The position numbers and the translations under genes are program-made. A stretch of 64,000 nt of DNA from Lingula anatina (taxonomy: Eukaryota > Animalia > Brachiopoda): contig CM120645.1 of NCBI GenBank assembly GCA_051362555.1, positions 16,864,001-16,928,000 of the forward strand. Reading direction: 5' to 3'. Position 1 is the stretch's first letter. The number at the start of each line of letters is the position of its first letter. This document shows, in pieces, positions 12,682-44,510 of this stretch. The notes under the pieces were generated by a model, which had not been told where the DNA came from, searched no databases, and saw only the letters and a list, made by a program, of their open reading frames with translations.

Positions 12682-13425
12682 ATGGCGGACATCGAGCCGA
12701 CCGATAGCCAACAGGGGTTTGCGACTCCCCTTTCTAGCTATCCAGTGGCTTATGAAGACCAGTTATTGATGCAGAGTAATGCCAATATTCTAACCTTAGA
12801 CGATTCAAGAGATCCAGGACCAGAACTGCCCGACAGCGCTCTTGGAGGCCAAGACGATTTTGATCCCGACCGCGATTCTGATGACAGCGGCAACAGCACA
12901 GATGACGAGGATGTGCAGGTATCTTGAAAATCATTTTTTATTTCTTCATCCGTCGTTTCATTCAAGGGAAATATATAGAAAGCACATTATCTTAAGTCAC
13001 GTAGTCATTTGCCAGTCCAAAGTACATACAGATCATGAGATGTGTATACTACAGTACCAAAACCTCTATGTACAGTACAGTGAACATACTAACAGTTGGA
13101 TTAACGATATCAGTTACCTAGTTATATACTTTGCTTTTATATCCACCAGATTTCTTGCAAATGACCGTTTCATGTGTTTACTTGCGACCGAATTATTTTT
13201 TTCTAGTATTTTGTGCTGTGTTTACAATGCTGTATTGCACATTTAAGTATGACCGTGAACGTTGATGCCAGTGTTTTTACGAAAGTCTTTTGGTTTCAGC
13301 TGTCACCAGGTGGCATTTTAGATGAGGAGACCATTGCCAGAGGTCTCTCCAATCTGGGAAGATCAGCAGATGGCACACAGCAGGTGTATTTGCATCTTAC
13401 AATACCAGTGAGTATATCACCAGTG

Positions 13426-13464
<39 letters not shown>

Positions 13465-13508
13465 GCCTATCTTTTTTGACAATACTTTTTAATTTCCCTA
13501 CCTCCTCT

Positions 13509-13549
<41 letters not shown>

Positions 13550-16500
13550 TGTATATTATTCAATGTTAATTTTCATTATCATTCTTTCTTATAGGGTCTT
13601 GGCTTGCAAGATGTCACTATTTTGAATGAATATATTCACCTACAGAAGTTGGAAATCCCATACAATGATATTACAGGTAAAATGTCCCATCTATCATTTT
13701 TTTAAATTTATTGGTTCATTTTCATTATTTGATGTACCTGCCTACCTATTTGATATACATCCTAGTTACAAAGAGTTATATATATATGATAAATATATAT
13801 TGTGTTGGATTTCATGGGTCTTGTAAAATGTAATAATGGCCACAATCAATAACCTTTTTCTTCTTCCTGTTTCAGACCTCAGTCCACTTGGTCAGATGCC
13901 ACATCTCCTGATACTGGACGCCTCACACAACAAAATTAGTAAGCTGCTGGACTTCAGTCCTCCGCGGAACCTGAAGGAAGTTGACCTGTCCTTCAACTGC
14001 ATCACAGAGATGGCTGACCTCTCTGCTCACCACTACTTGAGGAAGTTATGTCTAGACAGTATCCTTGATGTGATAGATATATTTCATGTTATGATATGAT
14101 TATTTAAATTGATTTATTGATTAACTTGTTATATTACCACTTAAGGGATTATGGTCATTTTTTTTTTTTTTTTGCATAAATTATCTTTATGTTAAAATGA
14201 TTTTTGTAGTGTTCATTTTTGTATTTTATTTAGTGGCCATATGTCAACCACTTACAAAAATTGGTTAACAAATGGGAAAAAATATGGCTCATTTTTTTTT
14301 TATAATTAGCTTACTTTGAGAAATTTACAAGTGTCAGATCACTTGATAGTTTTCAGTTGATTTTTTTTTTTGGTTTTATGCTGATCTTGCCCCCAAGCTT
14401 TTCTTAACCCATGACCAGACAACCAAATCAGTGAAATGAGAGGACTGAGTCACTGTAAAAGACTGAGCCACCTCAGTCTGGCACACAACAAAGTGAACAA
14501 GATTCAGGACTTGGACAATTTGCCCATTAAACATCTTAATTTGGTAGGTATTCAGAATTGTTATGTTGTAGTCTGTACAGAATTGCCACTTCAGTGTTAC
14601 ATTTAATTGCAGAATGTTTTTTCTTCCCTATCTGTACTTATTGCTTCAATCAGCAATTTGTAGGAACTTGTAAAAATCTTTTTTAACTAGATTTTTAAGA
14701 AATAACAATAAAATCCTTACCTTATTTCTGAGATGTTTCTTTCTCACCATTACTTTCTGTTTTAATAGAGATCAAATGAAATCAAGAAGATAGAAAACCT
14801 AGAAACTCTCAAGTATCTTTTGGTAAGTAGATAGTTATTATTATCATTATTATTTTTGTGAGTAAAATTTCAGTTACGATGCAACATTTTATTTTACAAA
14901 AGGTTTTAATTATATTAGCTTAGAGTATAATAGACAACTTGAATGTAACAATTTAAGCACCATAAAGCAATACAAAGTAGTAATAATGATAAAAGATCAG
15001 AAAAAGGAAATTTGAGAGTAGGAATAATTTAGAATTACAAGGATATTAAAAAGTAGAATTATTGTAAGTCCACACTTTATTTTTGCATTTCCATTTCAGT
15101 ATATCAATCTGTCTGGCAACCAGATCAGAAGCTTGAAGGGACTGGAGAGACATGACCTCCTGGAAGATATTGAGATGGAGGCAAATGAGGTATATGTTAG
15201 AAGTCATGAACCTCTCTAAATGTCCAAGTAAAGTCCAAGTAAAAGAAAATGAAATGAATAATGAAATATTTAGAAATCAGTACTGACAAACAGAAGATTG
15301 CGAGCTAAAATAATAATAAAAAAAAAAAAAACAGAATAGAGAACAGTTGTATAATTCTAAGAAATATCAAGAATAAAAAGACTTTGGATGAAAAAAAAAA
15401 GTTTGAACCTTAATGTCCAGGGACTGTAACAAGAGGTTCAGTTAAAGCTTTCAGCCTCCCTTTGCTCTTTCACCTTTCTTTGATCTTGTCATACTGTTGG
15501 TTTAGGTATACAGGTGTATATCCTTGAAAATAATTGAAAAAAAAACCCGGGCACAAAATTTCCCATACATTCAGTCACACTCTCACTTTTTTTCCAGATC
15601 ATAGACATCAATGAGATTCAGTATGTGCGACAGTTGCCCATGCTGCGCCAGTTTGATCTGCGTAGGAACCCCATCCAGGAGCTCCCTAACTACAGACTGT
15701 CCATACTGTATCAGCTACAGAGGTTAACAGAACTGGACAGACACAAAGTGGAGCCTGAAGAGAAGGTATTTATCAATTTATTAATTTCAGGTGGGCTTTG
15801 ATAGTCTTGGGCTGTCTACACCATTAACACGGAACCCACCCAAAAGGCAAGCAAAATTGAAGCTAGGCAATTAAATAGGTCTTTCATTTGGGTCAAAATG
15901 TCATGCAACATAGGTAGCAGACATGTTTAGTCTTTTTAGAAGTGATTTACTCTTTTACCATGTAAAATGACAAAAATACCTTTGGATAATGGTGACTATA
16001 TCTCTTTTTGGCAGTAATGGTAGATTCTTAGATCCTGTTGGATTGAAGAGCCATCAGAGTAAAAGAGCAAAAAGGTTTTTAGGGGAAGGGGCCACTTTGG
16101 TCTTTAGTAAGTGATATAATTCACACATATTGCTCTTCGAAACAGAATGTATTTGGTTCAAATTAAGTGAGTTGCCTATGTCCACTGTCCACTTTTCAGG
16201 TGGCAGCCAAGAATCTGTTCCACCCTCCTGCTGAGGTCGTAGCTGCACGTGACCACATCATGCACACCGTCTTCTCCTTCCTGCAGTCTACGAGGATTTA
16301 TGACAGGTATGGAGTGTGACATTGTGTCTTGGATAGCCATATAACACATGTTTATTAATCTGTTTGAAAGGACCAATGCTGATATTATATGGAAAAATCC
16401 TCGGCCCACACAACTTTCAGGTATTTTGTTCTCGACATAAGCCATGATATATCTGTTCTGGACATAAGCCATGATAAAATGAATATTAGACCATTTCAAA

Positions 16501-17967
16501 ATGTGTATATCAATCACTAATATCATTGCAGCACCCTGCCCAGTATAGAGACCCCCTACCCAATGCTAGTATTAGTGGGACCCAAGGGATCTGGCAGGAG
16601 AGACCTGGGTCTCAAACTGGTGGATGAATTTCCAGATTACTTTGGATATGGGTATGTAAGAATCATTATAATTGTAAAAATTGGAGGGTTTTTGCACTTG
16701 TGCCCGTGGTAAGAAGCAAACATGCCAAAGTTTACATGTATTCACTGGTGTCCAACTTACTTGTTTGTGGGTGCATTTAGTTGTCAGGGTGTTAGTTAAT
16801 CTGCCACCTCATAGACATCATAAACAAAGACATTGAGATTTTTAATATTGTCCAAGTTTTGTTCATTTTGGCACATAAATGTTAAACATTGCAGGGTGTC
16901 CCACACTACCAGAAGAATGCGCCATGATGAAGAAGATGGAAAAGATTACCATTTTGTGTCCATTGATCAGTTTGAATCAGAAATCAAACATGTAAGTGAC
17001 TTTAGTGGATGGAATACATTAAAGCAACATGGCTGGTTCTCAATCCTGCACACAAATCTTGAATACATGTTAGATTTAGTTTAGTCAATTAGGGAATGAC
17101 CAGGACTGAAATTGTGCTATGCATCCTTTATTTATATTTTCCTCAAGTCCCAAAACATGAAATGTGCACATAAATATACTTACATTTGGCAACCCTTGAG
17201 CTAACAGGATCTAAACTGGAATCATTGAAAGAGTTGATTTCTTTGCAGCTTTACAAGTATAATCTATGTACATATTCTAATTAATCGCAAATTTTTATCT
17301 TGTTTCCAACAAGCTACTCATTCAGAATTCACCATGTTTTATTCCTTACAAAACACATCGACTTTTACCCAACCCACTATTTAGAATTTAGGAGTATTAA
17401 CAAAACATTTTAGCAAGTTCAGTTTTAACAAAATATTTTTATTTTCATTCCATTATGAAATTTTATTTTTACAATATAGATTTAATGTGCAACCAAATGT
17501 TCTTCCAGGGCAAGTTTATCCAGACATACCTGCACCAGGGGGAGTACTATGGCCTGACAATGGAGGCTATAGAGAGTGTGGCCAGGGAGGGACTGGCTTG
17601 TGTGGTACACATGGAGCTGGAGGTAAGCAGTGGCAGATTTAAAGGTTGTCAGGGGGGTCCTGACCCCCACCCCACCCTTCAGTTTCTGAAAAAAAAAAAT
17701 CACACCAATGGTCCCCTCTTGAAATTAGAATTTTGACTAGCTGAATCATAGTTCTAAACTGTACCAAATGGCACCATTTGCCCTCTAAAATACCTAAAAC
17801 CCACTCCAAGAAGGGGGAGGGACTGGGAGGATGCACAAGTTTTTATTAAATTAAGTTTTTTTAAGAGTTATTCTTTCTATGTCTACATTATAAAATGTAG
17901 GACAATTGGTGTAAATCTTAACTGTAAATCTTTGACATTTTTTCATTTAAAACAAATCATAAGATGT

Positions 17968-18031
<64 letters not shown>

Positions 18032-18387
18032 TTAGACTATTAAACATCAGTATCACAATTGAATAAAGTTGAGTTGAGATGAGTTGAGTTGAGTATCATA
18101 ATTGTCCTTTCCCATACCTTAGGGAGTGCTGACCTTGAAGAACACCTACTTGGAGCCCAGGTATGTGCTGGTGCTGCCACTGAAAAGGGAAGTACATGAG
18201 CGTCGTATGCGCGACATGGAGCTGTTCACTGAGAACCAAATTGAAGCCACGCTAGCCAGGACACAGGTGTACATAGACTATAATCAGGAACACCCGGGCT
18301 TCTTTGACATGGTCATTCCTAGTGGTGAGTTTGCATTTCTTAAACATGACTTTTCTTCTTTAGAAGGTTATTTGAATTTCCACTCAC

Positions 18388-18421
<34 letters not shown>

Positions 18422-19994
18422 GCTGAGAGCATTTGGCCAATATCCTTGGCCTTGGTAACAACAGACTTTTGTTGGTCCTCATGCCTGCCAGAAGCTGAGC
18501 ACTGGTGTTTATCCCCATGGCTCTATGGGCAGTAAATCCTTACCCTTTGGTGGCCATATTAACCAGTGGGTTAAAACAACTTTGGCCCAGACTGTTACCA
18601 TAATAATTTACATGTTTTGAGTTTTGCAGTGATCTTCATGTTATTAAGAGTAAATGTCATGGTGGATTGCTCTCAAATATTTTCAGCTGTTTTATAGGGA
18701 TATTTACACATTTTTTCTTGCTCATACCTTTCCACAGATGACATCTCGGAGGCCTACAAAAAACTGCGTCGCTTGGTCATGGACTACCTTGGCATCAACG
18801 TCCCCACGCCCACGGAGTCCGAGTACCCAGACCAGGACACCAGTAGTGTCACAGGGACTAAGCTGACAGACACAGGGATGGGGGCCAGGACCTGGTCACG
18901 CCCCAGTATTCCTGACAGTACATCACAGCTACAGGCCAGCACTGGGGGAGGAGTCGGGAGCAAGGCACACACACCAGTTGGAAGGGGGGTTGTGGTGAGT
19001 GTGCTTTAAAAGATTTTACAGATAGAATGTTACGTTTTAGTACCAATAAATGTTTGAAAAAATTTTTACAAGCTGTATTGATGTCATTATCATTGTGGTT
19101 TATAGGAAGCAGCCTCATTGAGTCGTAGGAAGAGTGCAGCCAAAGAAGCAGTAGCAGGCCTAAAACCAAGCATTTATGATGAGATCTTGAAATAGTAAGT
19201 GATGTTTGTCCCAAAAAATAAGTTCATTGGATTCTTTTATCGTTTTCCATATATATCTGTGTTAAGAGAAAAGAATACACGTACATTTACTAATGTATAT
19301 ATCAGTGTAATTTTTTATGTTTATTTCATCTTCAAATATGTAAGTAATCAAAATATTGAATCCAATTTTATGGAGAAGATGATTAGTTAAAATTGCATAT
19401 TACTTTTCAGGTGCATTATAAAATAGTAATATCTGAATATTTACCTTATTTTTCTCCAGCACTCCCACAACGGCTCCTGCAATGGAAACCAATGGCCTGG
19501 GTGAAGGCAATGAGGTCACAGGTCAAAGGTCAAGGTCAGCCCCTGGAAAGGCCTTCACCCCAGATGACCCCAATAATATGGACCAACTCCCTCCTAGCTC
19601 CCCAGACTCAAGCCACCAGACATCCAGGACCAGCACCAGTCTCTCTAATATATCCTCAGCCCAAAATGAGGCTTTTGAGGAAACAGAGTCCCAAGATGGC
19701 TCAGGGCAGAATCAGCCACCAATTGAGTTACCATCAGAATCCATGGATCCCATGGAACTGATGTCTCCAGACAGGGCAACAAAAAGTGGGTCTGGGTTTG
19801 TGTTTGCGCCCCCTCCTGGAGGTTCTGGGGGTTCGAGGCCCCACTCTGCAGGCTCTATGGAGCTGGGTTCTTATGATGTCAACTCACTCCCAGCTGTTAA
19901 CAACTCTGGCAGACCTGGCTCACACAAACATAAAGTGCTGCCACCTATTGGTGGGTCTCCTACACCACAGACAAATACAATGCCTGAATATTAG
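12682..19994 (+). CDS. LRGUK: Leucine-rich repeat and guanylate kinase domain protein; 16 exons (12682-12918, 13300-13407, 13595-13676, 13876-14058, 14419-14543, 14769-14822, 15100-15189, 15598-15765, 16200-16306, 16532-16651, 16895-16991, 17509-17622, 18123-18324, 18738-18994, 19106-19194, 19460-19994)
   Basis: Acidic N-terminus; GLSNLGRSADGTQQVYLHL; SDS22-like LRRs (LLILDASHNKI, LKEVDLSFNCI); LRR cap NPIQELPNYRL; GK domain LVLVGPKGSGRE, VSHTTR..EEDGKDYHFV, YYGLTMEAIESVAREGLACVVHMELEGV, EHPGFFD. Confidence 0.92.
14059..14418 (+). other. U12-type (minor spliceosome) GT-AG intron in LRGUK
   Basis: 5' site GTATCCTT. Branch-point-like TTCTTAAC about 10 nt before the terminal AG, no polypyrimidine tract. 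Removal keeps the frame (LD-N-NQI). Confidence 0.88.
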
Positions 19995-20869
19995 ATGCCC
20001 AATGAGAGCAGGGGCTGTGTATCCAAGGATTATTGAGAAAACTACCTTAGCATTTAACAGCCAATTAAATTTTCTTTCCTGGCCAAAAGTTAATTTTCAA
20101 GCATTATGTATGTATGTGATCAAAAGCCTGTAGATTTGGTAGCATCTCAAATTAATTTTATACTTGGTATGGAAGTAAATTTATTTGGAAATAATTTTTC
20201 TTTTCAAGAAATGTTTTTAGCCTTGATACACTATGAATGACAAAAGAAGCAACTATGCCATATGCAGTATTGCATAATTGACAAGTGTGCACTGCATATT
20301 ATTATTCACATCAAATTTTGAATACTTTCAATACTTTTCCATTTGGCATATAATATTATAATAAGAAGCAAAATGTGTTATTTAAGTGGCACTTTAATGA
20401 CAATTGGCATGATTGTTTTCAAATCAATGAATTAAAATGTTGACATCATAAAAATGTGAATTATGCATTCTAATATTCATTAAAAATTGACTTAGATTAT
20501 TGATATGTCCATCTCTACAGTTTAAAGAATAGCATTTGTAACCAAGTCCCATTTTCATGTAATTTGAGAGAAATAGACTGATATAGACTTTTGATACATA
20601 TTTGAGGTATATCCACATAATGGGTCATGTCTGTTTATGTTATATAATGTACATAATTTTGACTGTAAATATCAAGAATACATATCAGTGTTGTACAATA
20701 TTTGGTAATAAAATTCAAATATTTATGCAAAGCATTGGTGTTTATTTTGAAATCTTGAAAAGTTAATTTGAAAGAATCGAATTCTTTTCAGGTACTGTTG
20801 GGTACTGTGCATCTGAAAGAGGCTTAAAGTTCTTTTAAGATGCTTTCATAACATATTCCATTAACCAAT

Positions 20870-21047
20870 AAAACTTCAATAATTACTCTTTTACTTTTTT
20901 TTATATTTGAAAAATTATATCCTCACAGAACATGGCATACTTTGCTTTGATATGAAAAACTTCAATAATTACTCTTTTACTTAATTATTTTTATTTTTGA
21001 AAAATTATATCCTCACAGAACATGGCACACTTTGCTTTGATATGAAA
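20870..21047. repeat. Two-copy ~88-bp tandem duplication between the convergent LRGUK and APEH 3' ends
   Basis: aaaacttcaataattactcttttact...gaaaaattatatcctcacagaacatggca(t/c)actttgctttgatatgaaa occurs twice. Confidence 0.85.
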
Positions 21048-21705
21048 GGTTTTGGTTCACCTGAGGAAGGTAATGCTAGGTTTTAAACCCAAATCCTGAT
21101 AATTAATGTCAGACAAAGAATTGCCACCTAGTGAAAAATAATTTGTTACTGAGATGAAATGACATCAGCCCTAGGCAATTTTTCACAATTACTTCTCCAA
21201 CTTCTTATGTTTCCTTATACATAAGGAAAGCAACATTCAGTAACAACAGATACATAGGTTGTAAGATATGTCTGTTGGGATTGTGTTAATAAATGAGTCA
21301 CTGGAAAAACAGACAAAATACAAATTGGTAATAAACTGATGCATTGATAATAAAATTTCCACAGATTCTGGAGCAAATGGCATTTTGATGCCAATACATA
21401 ATCTTTAACACTTTACCGAGTTGATATATCTTAATTTCAACTTTCTCCCACTGGAGTTGAAATAATCAATTTACATATTTTCTTCTGGGATTGTTTCTCA
21501 TTTGGTTTCTAATGCAGATGAAATCATTTTATCTTTATATTGTCTCTTTTGGAAATGCCTCTCTTTTGGTTTCCTCTGGAGTTAAAATCATCTAATAACA
21601 TAACAAATGGTGTTTAGATATCTCACATTGTCTTTTCTAAAATCACCTCAGTCTATCCACGGTTTCCTGTGATTGATCCATCTCATAACAAATGGTGTAT
21701 TTCTC

Positions 21706-40433
<18,728 letters not shown>

Positions 40434-40662
40434 CTTCCTGGTACATAAAACGCGCGTGCACTGACGGTAGGAAGTAAAATAGATATAATCAATTTTTTTT
40501 TAACTAATGTCACTTACAGTTGAATATTCTGAATATTATGATATAATATCTATATATATCATTTAAAAATGATTTGAATTTCAATTTCACTCTACAATTC
40601 TTCAGTATGACATTGTTTTTATATAAGCGCTTACTCACGACTGTGTATCAAGATGGCGACTT
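40434..40662. promoter_or_regulatory. Bidirectional promoter between APEH and MRPL42
   Basis: Divergent ATGs 220 bp apart (40433 and 40653), local CpG enrichment, ETS-like GGAAGT near 40470, YY1-like CAAGATGGCG over the MRPL42 start. Confidence 0.65.
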
Positions 40663-41061
40663 GCACAAAATTGTCACGTTTTCTGGCTTCACCCAACTTA
40701 AGTCCGTTTTGTGGGGTGATTATGTGTAGTGCCAAAAGTAAGGAGTGTATTTAACTTGAGATTTGTCAAAATACTTCAAATCAATCTTACGACTAGTAAA
40801 TCATATTGTCAAATGTATGTACACATCTTGTTATAAATGTTGATACATTCCAATTTTAAGATTATCTATTTTAAATTGCCCAAAATCTACATTATCTTCA
40901 CTTTTCTTCCAGGTAATCAGCATCACACTGCTCGCCAAAAGTCTTCTTCAGCAGAAAATGACAATAATTCAAGGTATGACATGAGAGGCTTTTTATTATT
41001 ATTTCCCTGGTCTGATTATGCGGTTAGACTGAAATGTGCAATACAGGCTGCGCAATACACA

Positions 41062-41136
<75 letters not shown>

Positions 41137-43127
41137 TGCCAGGGGCAGGTAGAACCAGCTGGGTAGCTCAGTAGGTAAGAGCACTCGCCCTGTAAGCGCG
41201 GGTCCCGGGTTCGATTCCTGGTCTGGTTGGTGATTTTTCTGCACTCACCCCAAATCGCTACAATGGTGGCAGCAGTGTTGCGAGATAGGGCTCGCGTCTT
41301 TTGGCATTTGGGGGGGAGGAGTGTAGTGCCAGGGGCAGGTAGAACCGGCCGGGTAGCTCAGTAGGTAAGAGCACTCGCCCTGTAAGCGAGGGGTCCCGGG
41401 TTCGATTCCTGTTCTGGTCCGTGATTTTTCTGCACTCACCCCAAATCGCTACATATATATAAAATAAACACAGAAAAAGGTCATTTCCAACAAAATAGAA
41501 ATATATGAAAGTGAAATATATTACTAGGTAATTAAAATTGCTGAATCAACTTAACAAATCGGCACAACTAGTTTAATTGTCATTGGGTCGGCTGCCACAC
41601 TGGCAACTGGCTATTCTTGGCTGGCATTAATATATGTGAAATAATGCATGAAATATCAGCTGAGAGATAGAGGTGCACATAACTAAAATAATGGCCAGTT
41701 ACATTTGTAGCACATTCAGCGTAATGCAGGGGCTCTCAATTAAACTTCTGTGTACCTCTCACCTCAGCACGCTGCACTCAGCCATTTCTTTTAAGCGCTG
41801 GCACAAATAGTCTGTATAATCAGAAAATGCTATTGTGAGTGCTATTGCATGGAACTTGGTCCTAGTGTTTGATAGGTTATTGTAAATAACCAGATTGGGT
41901 CACTTGCAGTAAATCCCAGCATGTGCTGATTACATGTTTGTGTAATTGACATTCATGGCTCACACGACATGGTTAGATGGCCTTGTTTTATCTCGAAGTG
42001 TTATTTTTTCTTTGCTATAGCAACCCAGCCATAGCTTTATCCAGTGATGGCAGCACATTTTTATGCTGGCACCCACCAAAGAAATTTCCCTATGAAAGTA
42101 CAAAGGTAACTTTTATTTAATTGCTAAGATATTATAATCATCAATTATTGATATATAATTTTACGTTTATGCCAAAATTTATTTAGTATGAAGTGTTTGA
42201 TTCTTTCCTAAGATATGAGATCTGTTCAAAATTGTTATAAAAAGGTTTGAAAATAATTTAAATATTTTTGTTGTTGTCTTTTAATTTAGCCCGTACCAAG
42301 ATTTGAAGAAGCAGTTAGAGAGGTATTTCATTATTTGTTTAGTATTATTTGTTGTTGATTGGTTTTAGCCTGGGAATCAGTGTAGAAGTAAATTCTTTAA
42401 AAGCAAAAAAAATTGTATTGATATCTCGGCTTATCAATGTATTTTCATGATAAAAAAATCATAAACATAATAAATAACAATCCTCAGATTCAGAATAAGA
42501 TGAACTCTTTTTACTCAAAGTTGAAAAGTTCTATTTATTTGTCAGAGAAATACTCTAATTCTACCTAATTCTTAATTCTTCTTTCCAGGGTGACTCTGCC
42601 CTCAAAGTTCAGTATCGTTGGGATTACCACAAGAGACAGCGTCCCTCTGGTCCTACAACACGGGAACTGTCTGAGATGTTTTATACCTACAGATGGGAGT
42701 TCAGACCTAGGTAATGTAGCATTAGATCTTTTCAACCTGAACCAGGGCCTGTCCACATTTCAGTTTTTTTTTTTTTTTTTCCAAATACAATTATCCCCAA
42801 TAAATTCTGTTTATGATGTATAATAAAAATGACTTGGCAAATAAATGAAATAAAATGATTCGATGTGGCAGGAAAAAAATTGCAAGCAAGTATAAAATTG
42901 TTCTTCCTGAATAAATTCAAAAAAAGGAAATGAGTTTTTTAAATTAATTTTAATTAATTTTTTTATTTATTGGGAGATTGGGGTGTATTTTTAGTGTAAA
43001 ATCAGTTATATGCATTTCAAATGTCTGTTATCATGGCAGTGCTAATCATTTTACTTGCATGAATTTCAGGCCAGGGAAATATAAATATAGAAAACCAAAC
43101 CCTCCTCGAGACAGGGATGGTATGTAA
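40653..43127 (+). CDS. MRPL42: Mitochondrial ribosomal protein L42 (mL42); exons 40653-40737, 40913-40973, 42021-42105, 42290-42322, 42589-42710, 43070-43127
   Basis: Spliced product: presequence-like MATCTKLSRFLAS..., then IALSSDGSTFLCWHPPKKFPYESTKPVPR and GPTTRELSEMFYTYRWEFRPRPGKYKYRKPNPPRDRDGM*, matching recalled mL42 motifs. Not visible as a whole in the ORF track because the exons are short. Confidence 0.88.
41132..41453 (+). mobile_element. TRIM (terminal-repeat retrotransposon in miniature) with tRNA-like LTRs (Helenus/TRIMp3-like)
   Basis: LTRs 41132-41262 and 41322-41453 (TGTA...TACA). PBS TGGTGGCAGCAGTG at 41264-41277. PPT GGGGGGGAGGAG at 41310-41321. TATA on both flanks. Each LTR has A box TAGCTCAGTAGG and B box GGTTCGATTCC. 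Confidence 0.88.
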
Positions 43128-44440
43128 GAGAGACAGGTCCTACACCTTGGTGTTTACTGATCAAAAAAGATGGTATATTTAAAATTTCATAGACAGGGGA
43201 ACACAAAAAGGCAGTGGAAACATTCATAAAGGGATGTGATTTGTGAAGTCTGCCTCTGTAAAAAGGGCGTGTGTATGAAGATGGATTGGAACAAGGGCAG
43301 GTGGACAGAACGTGATGTCAGTGTAATATAGAATGCAATCATGGGCAGATCCTTAGGGGTTATTAGAAGCTGTGCCTTTCCTTTTCCAAAGATAGGCTTG
43401 TTTATCTACCCATCCACCCCCAGCATCAAAGAAAAGAAGAAATCGCACTCTCTGAGACCCTCTGAACAGGGTTTTCACATATGTAAAGTAAGTTCATAAT
43501 TAGTGAAAGAAAAGGGGAAACGGAGGGTGGAAATATCCTGGTTCCAGCATTAATGGCTGTGCTATTTTCTTTTGAGAAATGGCTTTTTCATTTCTCACTT
43601 ATTGGTAAGTGCACTAACTTTGAGTGAGGTTACAATTGACATACAGACAGGAGAATTTTAACACGTAACTTTGAAGTGATGATGTTCAAATTATCAACTT
43701 ATTAAGATTGAGAGAAGCACTTTGATGTCAATCTTCATTTTTTTTAAGTTCAGGAATATGGGTCTCATAGGCAACTTCCAAAATGTACTTTGCATTCAAA
43801 GTGACAGCCATTAAAATAAATTTTTTACATCACCTTTTTGGGTTCCAACTTTAACAATATGTCATAAATGGTGGCACAAACTCATTTTGGATATTGGACA
43901 ACAACAGTTACTTATGAAAATGGAATATAAGACAAATGTAATCTCTTTTTTGTATTAAAATTATTTTTATTGAACAACGAAGTTATTATTTGTTAATATA
44001 CTTTTTGTCACTCTAATGTATTATTATTGCCTAGTCATGTTAGTGGTGGTAACACACTGACATTTTAAAATCTGACATTGTTGGTGTAGACATGAGGTAA
44101 CTTTTGCAGCAAATAATGCATTCACCCAACTCTGCAGATGTTTTTCTTCTTTTCAAGGAAAAAACATACCTATGATAATTTAAATGTTAGTATAAAAATC
44201 GACAATCACAGTCACACAAATTGTCCATGACTACATAAATATTAAACAACACAGAAATTACACTGACTGATGTAAATTCATATAACCAGGTAGATTAAGA
44301 ACAATAGGATAAACTTGGTCATCTGTTATCCATAAACCTGTTGGATAAATGAAGGAGTAAACAAGACTAGTTGCCGGAGAAAGCACATATACTTCAATAT
44401 CTTTACCTAGGGTTTACAAAGTGTAACCTTGTTTTTCAAA

Positions 44441-44445
<5 letters not shown>

Positions 44446-44509
<64 letters not shown>
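44446..44509. repeat. (TA)n microsatellite (others: (CT)n ~13428-13462, (TA)n ~13513-13548, (GA)n ~17970-18028, (TAAA)n ~36822-36873)
   Basis: Direct inspection. Confidence 0.95.

Positions 44510-44510
<1 letters not shown>

Noticed and set aside
12919-13299. Second U12 intron in LRGUK (GTATCTTG)
   Set aside because: Imperfect donor, no U12 branch motif, ordinary pyrimidine tract.
17628-17836. CAGTGGC-type MITE in an LRGUK intron (similar ends near 102-122 and 43340)
   Set aside because: Only one recognisable end, with no TIR pair or TSD; too weak to delimit.
41158-41420. Two tRNA-Thr(TGT) genes
   Set aside because: Poor acceptor stems and C at the invariant U33 position. They are internal parts of LTRs flanking a PBS and PPT.
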